Assembly (NCBI GenBank): GCA_048128005.1
Contig: JBEUKZ010000123.1
Span: forward strand, 372,001-436,000
DNA length: 64,000 bases
Reading direction: 5' to 3'
Source of the DNA: Veleropilina oligotropha
Taxonomy: Eukaryota
Positions 53,722 through 63,267 of this stretch are shown here, one piece after another. The notes under the pieces were generated by a model. The model worked only from the letters and a program-made list of their open reading frames with translations, was not told the origin of the DNA and did not search any database. The translations under genes and the position numbers were made by a program. The number at the start of each line of letters is the position of its first letter. The first letter of the stretch is position 1.

Positions 53722-53804
53722 GGCTTGTCCAGATATCACTGTCCAGTTCAAGCTTTAATACGGGGGAGGGGGGTCCCCCCCCACCCCACGATCTACCTGG
53801 ATGG

Positions 53805-54440
53805 TTAGTCGCCAGCCCCAATTTTTTTCAGTAGCTCTGCGCGTCCCTCTTTACGACCACGCTCAATAAGCTTTTCGCTTTGGGTCAAAGAAACCGCGGT
53901 GTGCGCCTTTAGACTTTTGAAGCGCAGGGTGGCCTTCATAGTCCGATATTTGGCCATCTCGTCTGTGACCAGTTGGAATTCGTCGTCAGACATCTCCCCG
54001 TCCGCTAGGGCCTTTGAGACGTGGTCGCTGATGGTGTTCAGCTTGCTTTCGGCTAACACTCGTATCTCGTCGTGCTTCTTAGCCTTCACTTGAAGGCGGC
54101 GGGACACGTATTTGCCACCCATACTCGCGAGTCCACACCCCAGCGCCGCTAATTCCAGCACTAAGACAACAGGGGCCGCAACAATTGTGGACAGTAGTCC
54201 GATGCCGGCGCTACCCATACCAAGGGTGGCGACGACAAGGGCCGAATCGATCCCGTCAACGACATTAACGCCTCTTCGGTACTTCTTGTACAGGGCAGCC
54301 CTTGTGTCCCTCTCTCGTTCTAGCTGTCCGTGAAGCTCATTCACTTTCTGTAGTCGGAAAGAATGTGCCTCCGGAACTTCCGAAAGCACATCGCCACCAA
54401 GTTGTGGGTACAGCGTTGGCGCTGAGGGTTTATTGTCCAT
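53805..54440 (-). CDS. Viral hypothetical protein (coiled coil + hydrophobic hairpin)
   Basis: 211-aa ORF; PSAP/LYPQL N-terminus, helical region, Gly/Ala-rich double hydrophobic stretch; start overlaps the upstream stop (TAATG). Confidence 0.75.
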   Translation of the reverse strand: MDNKPSAPTLYPQLGGDVLSEVPEAHSFRLQKVNELHGQLERERDTRAALYKKYRRGVNVVDGIDSALVVATLGMGSAGIGLLSTIVAAPVVLVLELAALGCGLASMGGKYVSRRLQVKAKKHDEIRVLAESKLNTISDHVSKALADGEMSDDEFQLVTDEMAKYRTMKATLRFKSLKAHTAVSLTQSEKLIERGRKEGRAELLKKIGAGD

Positions 54441-54799
54441 TACACGTATCTGTATTGTTCAGCCTGTTGATTCCGTATGTCGACCGTAACGTTAAAAAAA
54501 AGTGTGTTCACCCACGGGGCCTTGAGGGCAAAGGCGAGGGTCAACTTGTCCGAATCCAGGCCAAGTTTATTTATGGAACAGGCTTTGGGGGCGCCCCCAG
54601 CCGGCTGGACCGGCGTCATGTGGATCATTAGAAGGGCTGGGTTCAACCCAAACCGACCTCCAGTGTTTGGAATCATGAACTCCCTCCTCGCCAGCCCCTT
54701 CTTGGGCGCTTCCCCACAACTAAGAACAAAGTGCCACTGGGTCGCTGAAGGCTCTTCTGCGAGAAGGAGGGGGGGTGGGGTCCCATAGATGCTGCTCAT
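54440..54799 (-). CDS. Viral hypothetical protein
   Basis: 119-aa ORF coupled to both neighbours by ATGA and TAATG overlaps. Confidence 0.6.
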   Translation of the reverse strand: MSSIYGTPPPLLLAEEPSATQWHFVLSCGEAPKKGLARREFMIPNTGGRFGLNPALLMIHMTPVQPAGGAPKACSINKLGLDSDKLTLAFALKAPWVNTLFFNVTVDIRNQQAEQYRYV

Positions 54800-55500
54800 T
54801 GTATCTGGAGGACTGCGGATATCGGCATACCGTGATTGTTGAGCGGGTTACCATCTGAGTCTGTGACGTACACCTTCAATTCTGTGATTAGCCCGGCCTG
54901 CAGTCGCCGAAATTCCGGATAACTATGATAGTGGGCAGCCTCACCGAATATCTGCGACGTTATGGGGACCACCGCGAGAATATTGCTAGGGGCACCGTCC
55001 TTCACATTGTGTGTTGTACTGAGCTGCTCCAGTACAACGTGTAGGGTCGCAGAAATCGCGAACCCGACAGGCTTGTTCCCGTCATAAGTCCCGGGGCGTA
55101 GCCAGTGCTGCGACCCGACAGGCTTGTTCTCGTCATAAGTCATAAGTAGCCACGCTGAGAGGGTGAAGCCGAGGAGCTTCCGTATATCGTCGCTTATCGC
55201 GAGTCGAGTCCCCTCTGGGACAACGAGTTGCGCGAGTCCGGTAGCACGGCTTACCTCGAGCCGCATGTTAGCTAGGGACCTCTTCATAGTCTTGGCGAGA
55301 GAATCGAAGCTGTAGAACCCTGGTGCCACCTCCACCGTGGTATCGGGGGTCTTAAAGAAGGCTCCAGCGTGCACGTTATGCCAGCCGACCCAGTAGTCGA
55401 GCGAGCGCAGGCCGACGCATAGCTTGCCTTCCCGGTTATCTATCGGTTGCAGGAGGGCAACCGCGGTTCCCGTTTGAACATTCGTTACAGTGTGAAACAT
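54796..55500 (-). CDS. Putative minor capsid (penton, single jelly-roll) protein
   Basis: Beta-rich; PGFYSF and C-terminal SNILAVVPI...GE...PEFRRL...ITELKVYVTDSDGNPLNNHG...LQI pattern typical of Polinton minor capsid proteins. Confidence 0.7.
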   Translation of the reverse strand: MFHTVTNVQTGTAVALLQPIDNREGKLCVGLRSLDYWVGWHNVHAGAFFKTPDTTVEVAPGFYSFDSLAKTMKRSLANMRLEVSRATGLAQLVVPEGTRLAISDDIRKLLGFTLSAWLLMTYDENKPVGSQHWLRPGTYDGNKPVGFAISATLHVVLEQLSTTHNVKDGAPSNILAVVPITSQIFGEAAHYHSYPEFRRLQAGLITELKVYVTDSDGNPLNNHGMPISAVLQIQ

Positions 55501-55519
55501 AATTGTACTTACATACAAT

Positions 55520-56836
55520 ATGTATAAGAGTGCCTTTGCTTTTAATAGGAGTGCGGCCTATCAGACCGGTGTGGTGTACCCAACCCGTATAAAGGATGAG
55601 CAGCTTACAAAACCAAGCATCGTTATATATTCGTCTGAATCTCCCCACCCTCCATTCCAGGCAAAATACCCAGATGTCTTTCAAAAGTATCGCCTCCCAC
55701 ACGTCGCGAGTGACCGGCTAATACAGGCTTGGAACAGCACGCCCATGCGGTTTTGGCAGAACAAGGTTAACTTCGCAGTATGGTGTGCTACAACAGGTTC
55801 CGGGGTATCTGCAGAAGACCACTTGAATGCAACCGACCCCCTGACCAGAGCCGTATTCACCTTCCATGTCTACTATCAGATCAGAAGGGTATTGTCCGAA
55901 ATTCAGGCGCCGCTGCCTCAAGACATGACATGGGATGCGTTCGACAACCCGTATGACCTCAGGGCATATGAGAAGATTTGCAGTGAATTTGGAGTGTCTC
56001 AACATACCGACTGGCGAGTCAAGGGTCCCAATAACGGACTCGGCACGGCTTACAACTACTGGACAAACAATGGCTACCACTCCATAGGACAGGATTATGA
56101 TCCCAGTTGGATGTCATTCACGACAAAGACAAAGAAGAGTCTGCACGTGGACTATATAGCACAGGATGCCACTGACACTCATGGCTGGGCTTCGTTTATT
56201 CTGGACAAATCGGCGGGATTTACCCAGGCCGGCGTGGAAAGGCTTAATGATTCCATCAGGACTTACGTCTGGGCGATTCTTGGAGCGCAGGCTCAGACAC
56301 GTGCAAGTATTCTGGGTAGTGGTACAGCATTTGACGCGCAAAAGCAGTTTCTGTCAAACGTGGAAGATGCCATCTCATCTCCAGTTGATCTGCCATCAGC
56401 CATCGAACGGTACCAAAATGTGCTACAGTATGCCAGATCCAAGGTAGACTTCGTATTCGGCGTTGACCTGTATATGGCGCCAAGTGACATGCTTCTACGA
56501 ATCGGGCAGGTGGCTGGCTATAACAACGAAATCATCGTTGCGACACAAAACCAGACACTAGGTCTTAATACAACCGTCAACACAGCCAATGTGCCCCCCA
56601 ACGCCACTGGGGATACTGGAGAAAAAGGACTGGTCATTCCACAAGACGCAGTCTTACAGACAGATACAAGCAGACCGGTAATCACTCCGAAGCATCCAAA
56701 CGCTGAGCCGACAGTAACAGTGGCCGCTGTTCCAGTGGCTTCGGTATCACTACACAACGAGGAGAAGACCGCACTCATTGTGGGTGGCGTTGTCATTGGC
56801 CTAGCATTTATTTGGCTTACTTCACCCACTGTCTAG
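55520..56836 (+). CDS. Viral hypothetical protein with C-terminal transmembrane anchor
   Basis: 438-aa uninterrupted ORF ending in a Thr/Pro-rich stalk and ALIVGGVVIGLAFIWL. Confidence 0.8.
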   Translation: MYKSAFAFNRSAAYQTGVVYPTRIKDEQLTKPSIVIYSSESPHPPFQAKYPDVFQKYRLPHVASDRLIQAWNSTPMRFWQNKVNFAVWCATTGSGVSAEDHLNATDPLTRAVFTFHVYYQIRRVLSEIQAPLPQDMTWDAFDNPYDLRAYEKICSEFGVSQHTDWRVKGPNNGLGTAYNYWTNNGYHSIGQDYDPSWMSFTTKTKKSLHVDYIAQDATDTHGWASFILDKSAGFTQAGVERLNDSIRTYVWAILGAQAQTRASILGSGTAFDAQKQFLSNVEDAISSPVDLPSAIERYQNVLQYARSKVDFVFGVDLYMAPSDMLLRIGQVAGYNNEIIVATQNQTLGLNTTVNTANVPPNATGDTGEKGLVIPQDAVLQTDTSRPVITPKHPNAEPTVTVAAVPVASVSLHNEEKTALIVGGVVIGLAFIWLTSPTV

Positions 56837-58050
56837 CGGAAATAAGAAGCAACCCGCCAACTGCAATAATCACAGCCCATAGGTTTTCAGCAAGCATCGA
56901 CGCTGTTTTGCCAACCATGTTGATAAGCCAGGAAAGCAGGCTTCCAAGCATGCCTGGGAGTGCCGCTGCCACCTTCCCCGCTAGTTTACCCAGAATTCGA
57001 CCCAGGGTTTGCAGGTGCTTTTTTACCCACTCCTTTATCCCTCGATGATTAGCATCACTGGGAGGTGTTGGTGAGATATTCGGCGTTCCGCCAGTTAGGG
57101 CCAGTACCAGAGTCGAGATAGCCATCCCAATCGCGGTGAGTATGGTCACGATCGTGACCCCCTGCTCGCGAAACAGGGTCTGAGTTGAGAATCCGAGTTA
57201 TTGTTTCTCGGATCCTGCTGATTTGAGAGCGAAGGGCATCCCGGCTTGATGAGGCTGCCTCTAGGCGAGCTGCTCGTTCATCATTTAAGTCACGCAAGCG
57301 TTCTGCAATTCGTCGTCGAGTAAACTCATCCACACCGCCTTCATCTGCCTGCTCAAGCTTCCTTTTCTCCAGAGCTATGTGTTCGTCAAGCGCTGATAGT
57401 TTTGCCAAGTTGTTAGTCAGCTCGCCTCGAATTGTCTGCATTGCCTTATCAAGCCCGCGTAGTTCGCGCAGATTTAACGGAGGGTCGATCATTGTGGTTA
57501 AAATATTATCAATCTCGGCATCTGTGAACGCCGTCTCCATTTTGTGGATTGCTTCTGATGCATCATTAGCTGTTCGCCCCAAGTCGTGCAGTTCTACGTT
57601 GTCTACCTTGGCGGCCGCTCCGCCCAACTCATTGTTGGCTGTCTGAAGAGCCGCAACTGCTTTTGAGGGCAGCTTTTGTCCTCGCGTCCAGTCTACAAAA
57701 CCCAACCCATCTCTGATCGCGTTACCCCCACTACGCTGGCTAGCTATTGTTGACAACGACTTGGGCTTACCGGATTTAGAATTGATTAAATCAATGTGCG
57801 GATAGGCCTTCATTCGCAATTGCCTATCTACATAATCGAACCTGGAATAATCACGCCCCGTGGCGGGGGTTTGCCCCTCTTTTGCGAGGGCATTGTAGTA
57901 ATCGTCAACAGCTGTTTGCACAACCTCTTGCCACAGACCGCTGGTTCCTTCCTGTGGCCGACTCCAGTCAGTCGATCCGACCACATCATCATCGTCGATG
58001 ATGGTATCATTATCATCAAGCTCGAATGTAGGGTTTTCGAAGTCCGCCAT
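56817..58050 (-). pseudogene. Viral coiled-coil/membrane protein gene apparently split by a frameshift near 57177
   Basis: 331-aa ORF (acidic N-terminus, long coiled coil) turns low-quality after ...RILNSD, where another frame picks up LFREQGVTIVTILTAIGMAISTLVLAL... and runs to 56817. Confidence 0.65.
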
Positions 58051-58080
58051 TTAGATGTATAGATAGTGCAATCAATCTAA

Positions 58081-59385
58081 ATGGCCAGCCTATACGGACG
58101 CAAGCTTGATCCATACCGCAGACTGCGAGAGCCCCTTGGGGTCAAGGGTATTCGCCAGTCGGTTACCATAACCAACAACCCATCAACTATTGCCGCAAAC
58201 CAGCAGCTGTTGGTTAGGTTCCCTAATCTCGGGGCTCATGACGTTATCGTTCCAGGGACTGCCCACTTGGCATTTACAATATCTCTGAACTCGTCGAACC
58301 CGAATAGAACCGTAGTTCAGAACCTTGGTCGTGCCGTGATCAAGAAGACCACGATCAAGATTAGTGGAAACGAGATCATGTCTATCGACGACTCCGACGT
58401 GTATCAATGCTATAACGATCTCTGGAAGACACCCCAGGAACGCAAGAGTGCCCAATACCAAGGGATTGATACCAGCGAGTCAACAAATGTTATCAGACTG
58501 CGTGTTGGTGCGGCGAACGCCTTCAGACAGCCTGAGCATGCGGCAATATCGGACGCTTACGGTAATAGATTTCGCATCCCGCTGGACTTTGAGTTACTGG
58601 AAAGCCACATGCCCTTCTACCAGAGCGCTCTGGGGGACAGGCTCGAATATGAACTCACGTTCAATGACTATTCAAGGACTATCAAGGACACGGATGACCC
58701 CATTGCGAGCTATAGCATCGAAAATATTAGCCTGGAATATGACATGGTCACCCAGGCAGAACTGGCCAGAATGATACGCAACCAGTACTCGGGCCACCTC
58801 GCCATCCTCTACGACCGTGTGCTCCGGCATCGTAAGCTCACCAAAGACAAGAGCGACACGTTGTGGAATCTTAACCTGAATGTACCGGCGAGGTCCATGA
58901 AAGGTATTCTACTGCTGTTTGAGGACCCCACGAGAGATGCAGCACCATTTGCTCGCGACACCGAGGCCTTTTACAATCCGAAGATCACAAAGGTCGAGGT
59001 CACCATTGAGGGTGTACCGAATCAACTCTACAGCCAGGGCATGCGTTCATACCAGGTGTGGGAAGAAGCCAAAAAACTGTTTGCCTCCAACCCGATCAGC
59101 AAGCGGCATCCTGACGTAGCGTTGGTTGCAAAGGAGTTGGCCCTGGCGGATGTCACCCTGGGTGAGTTCTTGACCAAAAAGTATGCACTCTGGATTGATA
59201 TGCGGGTAACCGACGACGATCAGCTGCATGGGTCAGGCCGGAGGGTAGAGAACGCCAGCGAGGGTATCACCATCCAGATCACTAAGATGGGCGAAACAGC
59301 CGGCCCGTTGAATGTATACCTGTACGTGATTATGGATGCACAGCTGAACATCGAGAATGGCCGCTTTGTCTCAGCATTGTACTGA
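58081..59385 (+). CDS. Putative major capsid protein (double jelly-roll)
   Basis: 434 aa, beta-strand-rich, size and position (directly upstream of the packaging ATPase) fit a Polinton/PLV MCP; IKKTTIKISGNEI and ITKVEVTIEG repeats echo the two jelly-roll halves. Confidence 0.75.
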   Translation: MASLYGRKLDPYRRLREPLGVKGIRQSVTITNNPSTIAANQQLLVRFPNLGAHDVIVPGTAHLAFTISLNSSNPNRTVVQNLGRAVIKKTTIKISGNEIMSIDDSDVYQCYNDLWKTPQERKSAQYQGIDTSESTNVIRLRVGAANAFRQPEHAAISDAYGNRFRIPLDFELLESHMPFYQSALGDRLEYELTFNDYSRTIKDTDDPIASYSIENISLEYDMVTQAELARMIRNQYSGHLAILYDRVLRHRKLTKDKSDTLWNLNLNVPARSMKGILLLFEDPTRDAAPFARDTEAFYNPKITKVEVTIEGVPNQLYSQGMRSYQVWEEAKKLFASNPISKRHPDVALVAKELALADVTLGEFLTKKYALWIDMRVTDDDQLHGSGRRVENASEGITIQITKMGETAGPLNVYLYVIMDAQLNIENGRFVSALY

Positions 59386-59989
59386 ACGGTTCCCGTACCC
59401 CAAGGATCCCCACTCGGCAATCATATGTGGTCAGACCGGTTGTGGGAAAACTATTTTCATTCTTGAACTGCTGAAAGCAGAGTATCGAGGTGTGTTCCGG
59501 CACATTGTAATTCTCTGCCCCACGATCGAGTACAACAAAGCATACCAGTCCTGTCCGTGGATCTGGACTGACCCGGAGGTGTATATAATTCCCCCCGGTG
59601 AGCGACTTCATGATTGGTTGCGGGGGTTCTACAGGCTGTTCAAGGGGGAATCGACCCTATACATCATCGATGACTGCGCCGCCAGCAAGGCCCTAGCCAA
59701 GAGAAGGGATATGCTGACTGAGTTGGCCTTTAGCGGAAGGCATGCCGAACAAAGTGTATGGGTGGTGACGCAAAAATACAACTCGGTCTTAAAGGAACTC
59801 AGAGAGCAGACTCGCTGGGCCGCGCTGTTTCACTGTAAGGACCGCGACAGTTTTGAAGACTGTCTTCGCGAGAACGATGTAATCACGTCGCGAGATGAAC
59901 GAAGTGCGGTGCGCCGGCTTTTGGCAGAAGCCAAACACACTAAGCTTCTATTAAAAACTGATCAACCAGTTGCATATAGTGTGCTATAA
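59357..59989 (+). CDS. A32/FtsK-HerA-type genome packaging ATPase
   Basis: Walker A GQTGCGKT, Walker B YIIDD, A32-family GRH...S.....Q motif (SGRHAEQSVWVVTQKY). Confidence 0.88.
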   Translation: MAALSQHCTERFPYPKDPHSAIICGQTGCGKTIFILELLKAEYRGVFRHIVILCPTIEYNKAYQSCPWIWTDPEVYIIPPGERLHDWLRGFYRLFKGESTLYIIDDCAASKALAKRRDMLTELAFSGRHAEQSVWVVTQKYNSVLKELREQTRWAALFHCKDRDSFEDCLRENDVITSRDERSAVRRLLAEAKHTKLLLKTDQPVAYSVL

Positions 59990-60095
59990 TCTAGCATCTG
60001 CCTAGGATCTGCCTAGCATCTACCTAGCATTTGCCTAGCATCTGCCTAGCATCTACCTAGCATCTACATAGCTAGCTATAGCATCTACCTAGCAT
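59990..60095. repeat. 11-bp tandem repeat (CCTAGCATCTR), ~8-9 imperfect units
   Basis: Directly visible right after the ATPase stop codon. Confidence 0.9.
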
Positions 60096-60219
60096 GTCGG
60101 AAGTTGTATATATAGTTTTTTCTTGCAGCCAGAGCCTTATGTTTCTGTTACTCGTAACATTGTGGTATTGGATTTACGGTTATATTAGACTGGCGAGAAG
60201 ATGTTGGAAACGATTAAGG

Positions 60220-60846
60220 ATGGACAGTCTTATCGATCAACTCATGGATGAAGAACAAGAAACGACCATGAGCGGAAACCGCTCGACGACCGAACGTGGC
60301 GAGGAACCTGTCAGTGGCTCCGTAGGACTGACAAAAAAACGGGAGAGGCTTGCAGCATTAGCCATTGGAGGACAGGCTAGCAAATACTTGGGGAGCAACT
60401 TCACGGTTGACCGGATCGACGCTATGACCGATGAAGAGATTGATAAACACCACGCTCGGTACGAAGCGAAGCTCGGTGCCGAAATGACGAAAACCCTGGG
60501 GACTGCAGCTATACATCTTTATGCGGGGGCAGCTGGGATGTTCTTGCCCATTCCACCAGAAAACCAACTACGATTGGTCGCCGATCTGGAGGCCGACCCT
60601 TTCATCTCACATGCGCTGTGCTCTGCAACCTGTGAGTTGTATTACAAATATGGCATGTATCTAGCACCGCTGACCGCAGCGTTGACCACGGCTAAACACT
60701 GTCGATTTGGACATGTTTGCCCCACTAAGATAGAAAGAGATGACAATGACAACGCAGCAAGTGGAACAAATGACAGCGAGCCAACAGGTATCCGATCGTA
60801 TACCGATAGAGAGAGTGACAGCCTCGACAGACTCATCAGTGAGTAA
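60220..60846 (+). CDS. Viral hypothetical protein
   Basis: ORF 60094-60846; start could be 60094 or 60220 (MDSLIDQL). Confidence 0.65.
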   Translation: MDSLIDQLMDEEQETTMSGNRSTTERGEEPVSGSVGLTKKRERLAALAIGGQASKYLGSNFTVDRIDAMTDEEIDKHHARYEAKLGAEMTKTLGTAAIHLYAGAAGMFLPIPPENQLRLVADLEADPFISHALCSATCELYYKYGMYLAPLTAALTTAKHCRFGHVCPTKIERDDNDNAASGTNDSEPTGIRSYTDRESDSLDRLISE

Positions 60847-61258
60847 AAAGGACCCTAAAAAAGTTGCTGCAGGGCAGGCCGGGGCTGCTACTCGGAAAGC
60901 CAAACAAGAGAGGCTACTAGCCGAGGTTAGACAATTTAAAGAAGACATGAGTGCCCGGCAGAATGTCAGTACAGTTGCTGTTCCTTCGGAACCGCCAGAG
61001 TCACAGCCACATGGTGGTAATAACCCCATAGCGGGCATGCGCGCAAGCGCCGCAGAAAGACCGCCTGCGCCAGATACACGGAAATCGGACCCATTTAATT
61101 GGACTTATGGCCTCTTCGCTGCAGGCGGGTTTGTGTTATATTATGTATATAAATGGAAACTCAGCAATGATACTAAACAACCTCAGCCGCCGGTCACGTT
61201 GTACAAAGAAAACATGTGCCAATTGAACACTAAGTCTGATCCCTTTCATATGCCATAG
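60740..61258 (+). CDS. Viral hypothetical protein (basic KKDPKKVAAG motif, one hydrophobic segment)
   Basis: 172-aa ORF; KDPKKVAAGQAGAATRKAK basic helix; TM-like YGLFAAGGFVLYYVY. Confidence 0.65.
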   Translation: MTMTTQQVEQMTASQQVSDRIPIERVTASTDSSVSKKDPKKVAAGQAGAATRKAKQERLLAEVRQFKEDMSARQNVSTVAVPSEPPESQPHGGNNPIAGMRASAAERPPAPDTRKSDPFNWTYGLFAAGGFVLYYVYKWKLSNDTKQPQPPVTLYKENMCQLNTKSDPFHMP

Positions 61259-61265
61259 TAGCGAC

Positions 61266-61505
61266 ATGACTACCCCAATTACTGATGGAAAGATGCTCGG
61301 CAATGCCGTCTATCATTCGGCTATAGTGTCTGGCCTTGCCATTGGCTACTCACGCCTGGTAAAGATGGCCTTCAAGGGACAAAGCCCCAAACTGGACTTC
61401 ACTGGTTATGATATTGGGATGGTGGTCCTCGACGTAGCGCTCGCCATGGCGACGAAAGATATGCTGATCAAGCAAGGCATCATTCCAGCCGACATATTGA
61501 AGTAG
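61266..61505 (+). CDS. Small hydrophobic viral protein
   Basis: 79-aa ORF in the tandem plus-strand gene run. Confidence 0.65.
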   Translation: MTTPITDGKMLGNAVYHSAIVSGLAIGYSRLVKMAFKGQSPKLDFTGYDIGMVVLDVALAMATKDMLIKQGIIPADILK

Positions 61506-61537
61506 TGCTTTATAATGTCATTATAAATAGCATTACA

Positions 61538-61966
61538 ATGGCTTCCATAGCGATGCTGGTAGGGGGCGCTCTTGTCAACGCCCTTGCCTTCAGCGGGTCA
61601 AACTTCCTGTTCTCGAAGCTACGCGGCCAAGGTGTTGATGAGGAGCGTAAACGCCACGACAAAGCCATAGAGCAACTCCAGGTCGCTCAGACTAAATGGT
61701 CCCAAAAGAGGGCAGAGCGTCTCGATTGGCTTAACGTTGAACTTCGCCGCCAGGGTCATGCCGTTGGCACATTCCGGGATGTTGACGCCGCGATCCGTGA
61801 GTATGCCTTGATCACCGGCAAGAACCTTGACCCCGGTTTGGGGGGTGGCCCTGAGCCCGCCCTGTCCGACTACTACACGCCGAGTGACGGCCAGAAGGGG
61901 CGAGAGATTACCTTCGTCATTCTTGGGATGGCTGCGACTGGGTTGGTAGCCTACAAGCTCGCCTAA
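61538..61966 (+). CDS. Viral protein with N- and C-terminal hydrophobic segments and central coiled coil
   Basis: ATG in TACAATG context at 61538; MASIAMLVGGALVNALAFSGSNFLF...ITFVILGMAATGLVAYKLA. Confidence 0.7.
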   Translation: MASIAMLVGGALVNALAFSGSNFLFSKLRGQGVDEERKRHDKAIEQLQVAQTKWSQKRAERLDWLNVELRRQGHAVGTFRDVDAAIREYALITGKNLDPGLGGGPEPALSDYYTPSDGQKGREITFVILGMAATGLVAYKLA

Positions 61967-62015
61967 GTGCTATTATTTCCATTTTTTCGTATATATACAT
62001 ACATATATATGCATA

Positions 62016-62327
62016 ATGGGGCTCCCAGAAGAGCTGTACTTTGCTATGCTAGAGGTGGGCTATGCCGCTCGAAGGCACAAAATCCCCGGCCCCCTTGGTA
62101 CTACAATGGTCAAAATACCGCAGAAGTCACTCGAGTGCTGGCGGCGCAACGAAAAGACTATGGTGCGGTTCGCGGTCATGGTGCTCTCCGGGGGCTCGAC
62201 CAACATACGGGCGACGACTGGGCAGCTTCCGGAGCCGGTCGCTGAAGCCTGTTGGAGACTGATCAAGTTGCTCGAATACCTCGCAAGTCTCGATGGCAGA
62301 GAAGAAACAAAAGCCCCTGACGGCTAA
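62016..62327 (+). CDS. Viral hypothetical protein
   Basis: 103-aa ORF filling the gap before the integrase, ATAATG start context. Confidence 0.45.
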   Translation: MGLPEELYFAMLEVGYAARRHKIPGPLGTTMVKIPQKSLECWRRNEKTMVRFAVMVLSGGSTNIRATTGQLPEPVAEACWRLIKLLEYLASLDGREETKAPDG

Positions 62328-63267
62328 AGAACTCGACGAAACCCTCCGCAAGTACTACTACGCAGATGGGGGGTTCCAGGGCGTTTCAGCTCTGCACTCA
62401 AGGCTTCCAAAAGGCGCAGCCTCAATAAAAAGAATCCGGGAGTGGATCTCGACACAGGAGGTTGGTCGGTACATGCAGACGAAACCCCCTAGAGAGGTAT
62501 TTGCCCGTTTCACAGAGGACAGGCCCGGTGTCCTCCACCAGGCCGATCTTCTCTATCTCCCACATGACAAGGTCGGCCGTAAAACGTACAAGTATGCGTT
62601 GACCTTGGTCGACGGGGCCTCTCGCTACAAGGCTGCCAGACCACTAACATCGAAATCGGCGGGCGAAGTAGCTAAGGCGTTTGCTGACATCTACAAGACC
62701 AGCCCCCATCACTTAACTTGGCCAAAAACGCTGATGGTGGATGACGGGCACGAATTCAAGGGGGAAGTATCCACTCTTCGAGGGAAGCACGGAGTTGATA
62801 TAAGACGCGCTTCGCCGGGTCATCACCGATCGCAGGCATTTGTTGAGTCATTCAACCGCCGGCTAGCTGAACGACTCTTCAGGAAGCAAGCGCATGAAGA
62901 GCTGAACAGCGGCCGGGACAACCGCCAGTGGGTGTCCGTTCTTCCAGCTGTAGTAGCAGATATGAATGCGACGCCAACACGACTCACTGGTATTCCTCCG
63001 GCGAAGGCAGCCAACATGTCACAGGTTCCGCTAGTGGCGTCCAAACCACCCCCACAGGAAACGCTGTTACCGATTGGCATGATGGTCTACATCACCACAA
63101 ACGAAGAAGACCCGAAAGATACCGGGCGCCGTCGCGCAACAGATCCATGGTGGACACATAAGTCCTACCCGATTCGCCGTCGCGTATCGGAACCCCACCA
63201 ACCCGCGCTCTACTACACGGCATTCTCAAAGCATGGGTTCACAAGGTCGCAGCTGAGACCTGCCTAG
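62293..63267 (+). CDS. Retroviral-like (rve) DDE integrase, Polinton type
   Basis: Catalytic triad intact: HQADLL, VDDGHEF, AFVESFNR; Polinton-type N-terminus (YY...GFQG...L...IREW...Q). Confidence 0.92.
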   Translation: MAEKKQKPLTAKELDETLRKYYYADGGFQGVSALHSRLPKGAASIKRIREWISTQEVGRYMQTKPPREVFARFTEDRPGVLHQADLLYLPHDKVGRKTYKYALTLVDGASRYKAARPLTSKSAGEVAKAFADIYKTSPHHLTWPKTLMVDDGHEFKGEVSTLRGKHGVDIRRASPGHHRSQAFVESFNRRLAERLFRKQAHEELNSGRDNRQWVSVLPAVVADMNATPTRLTGIPPAKAANMSQVPLVASKPPPQETLLPIGMMVYITTNEEDPKDTGRRRATDPWWTHKSYPIRRRVSEPHQPALYYTAFSKHGFTRSQLRPA

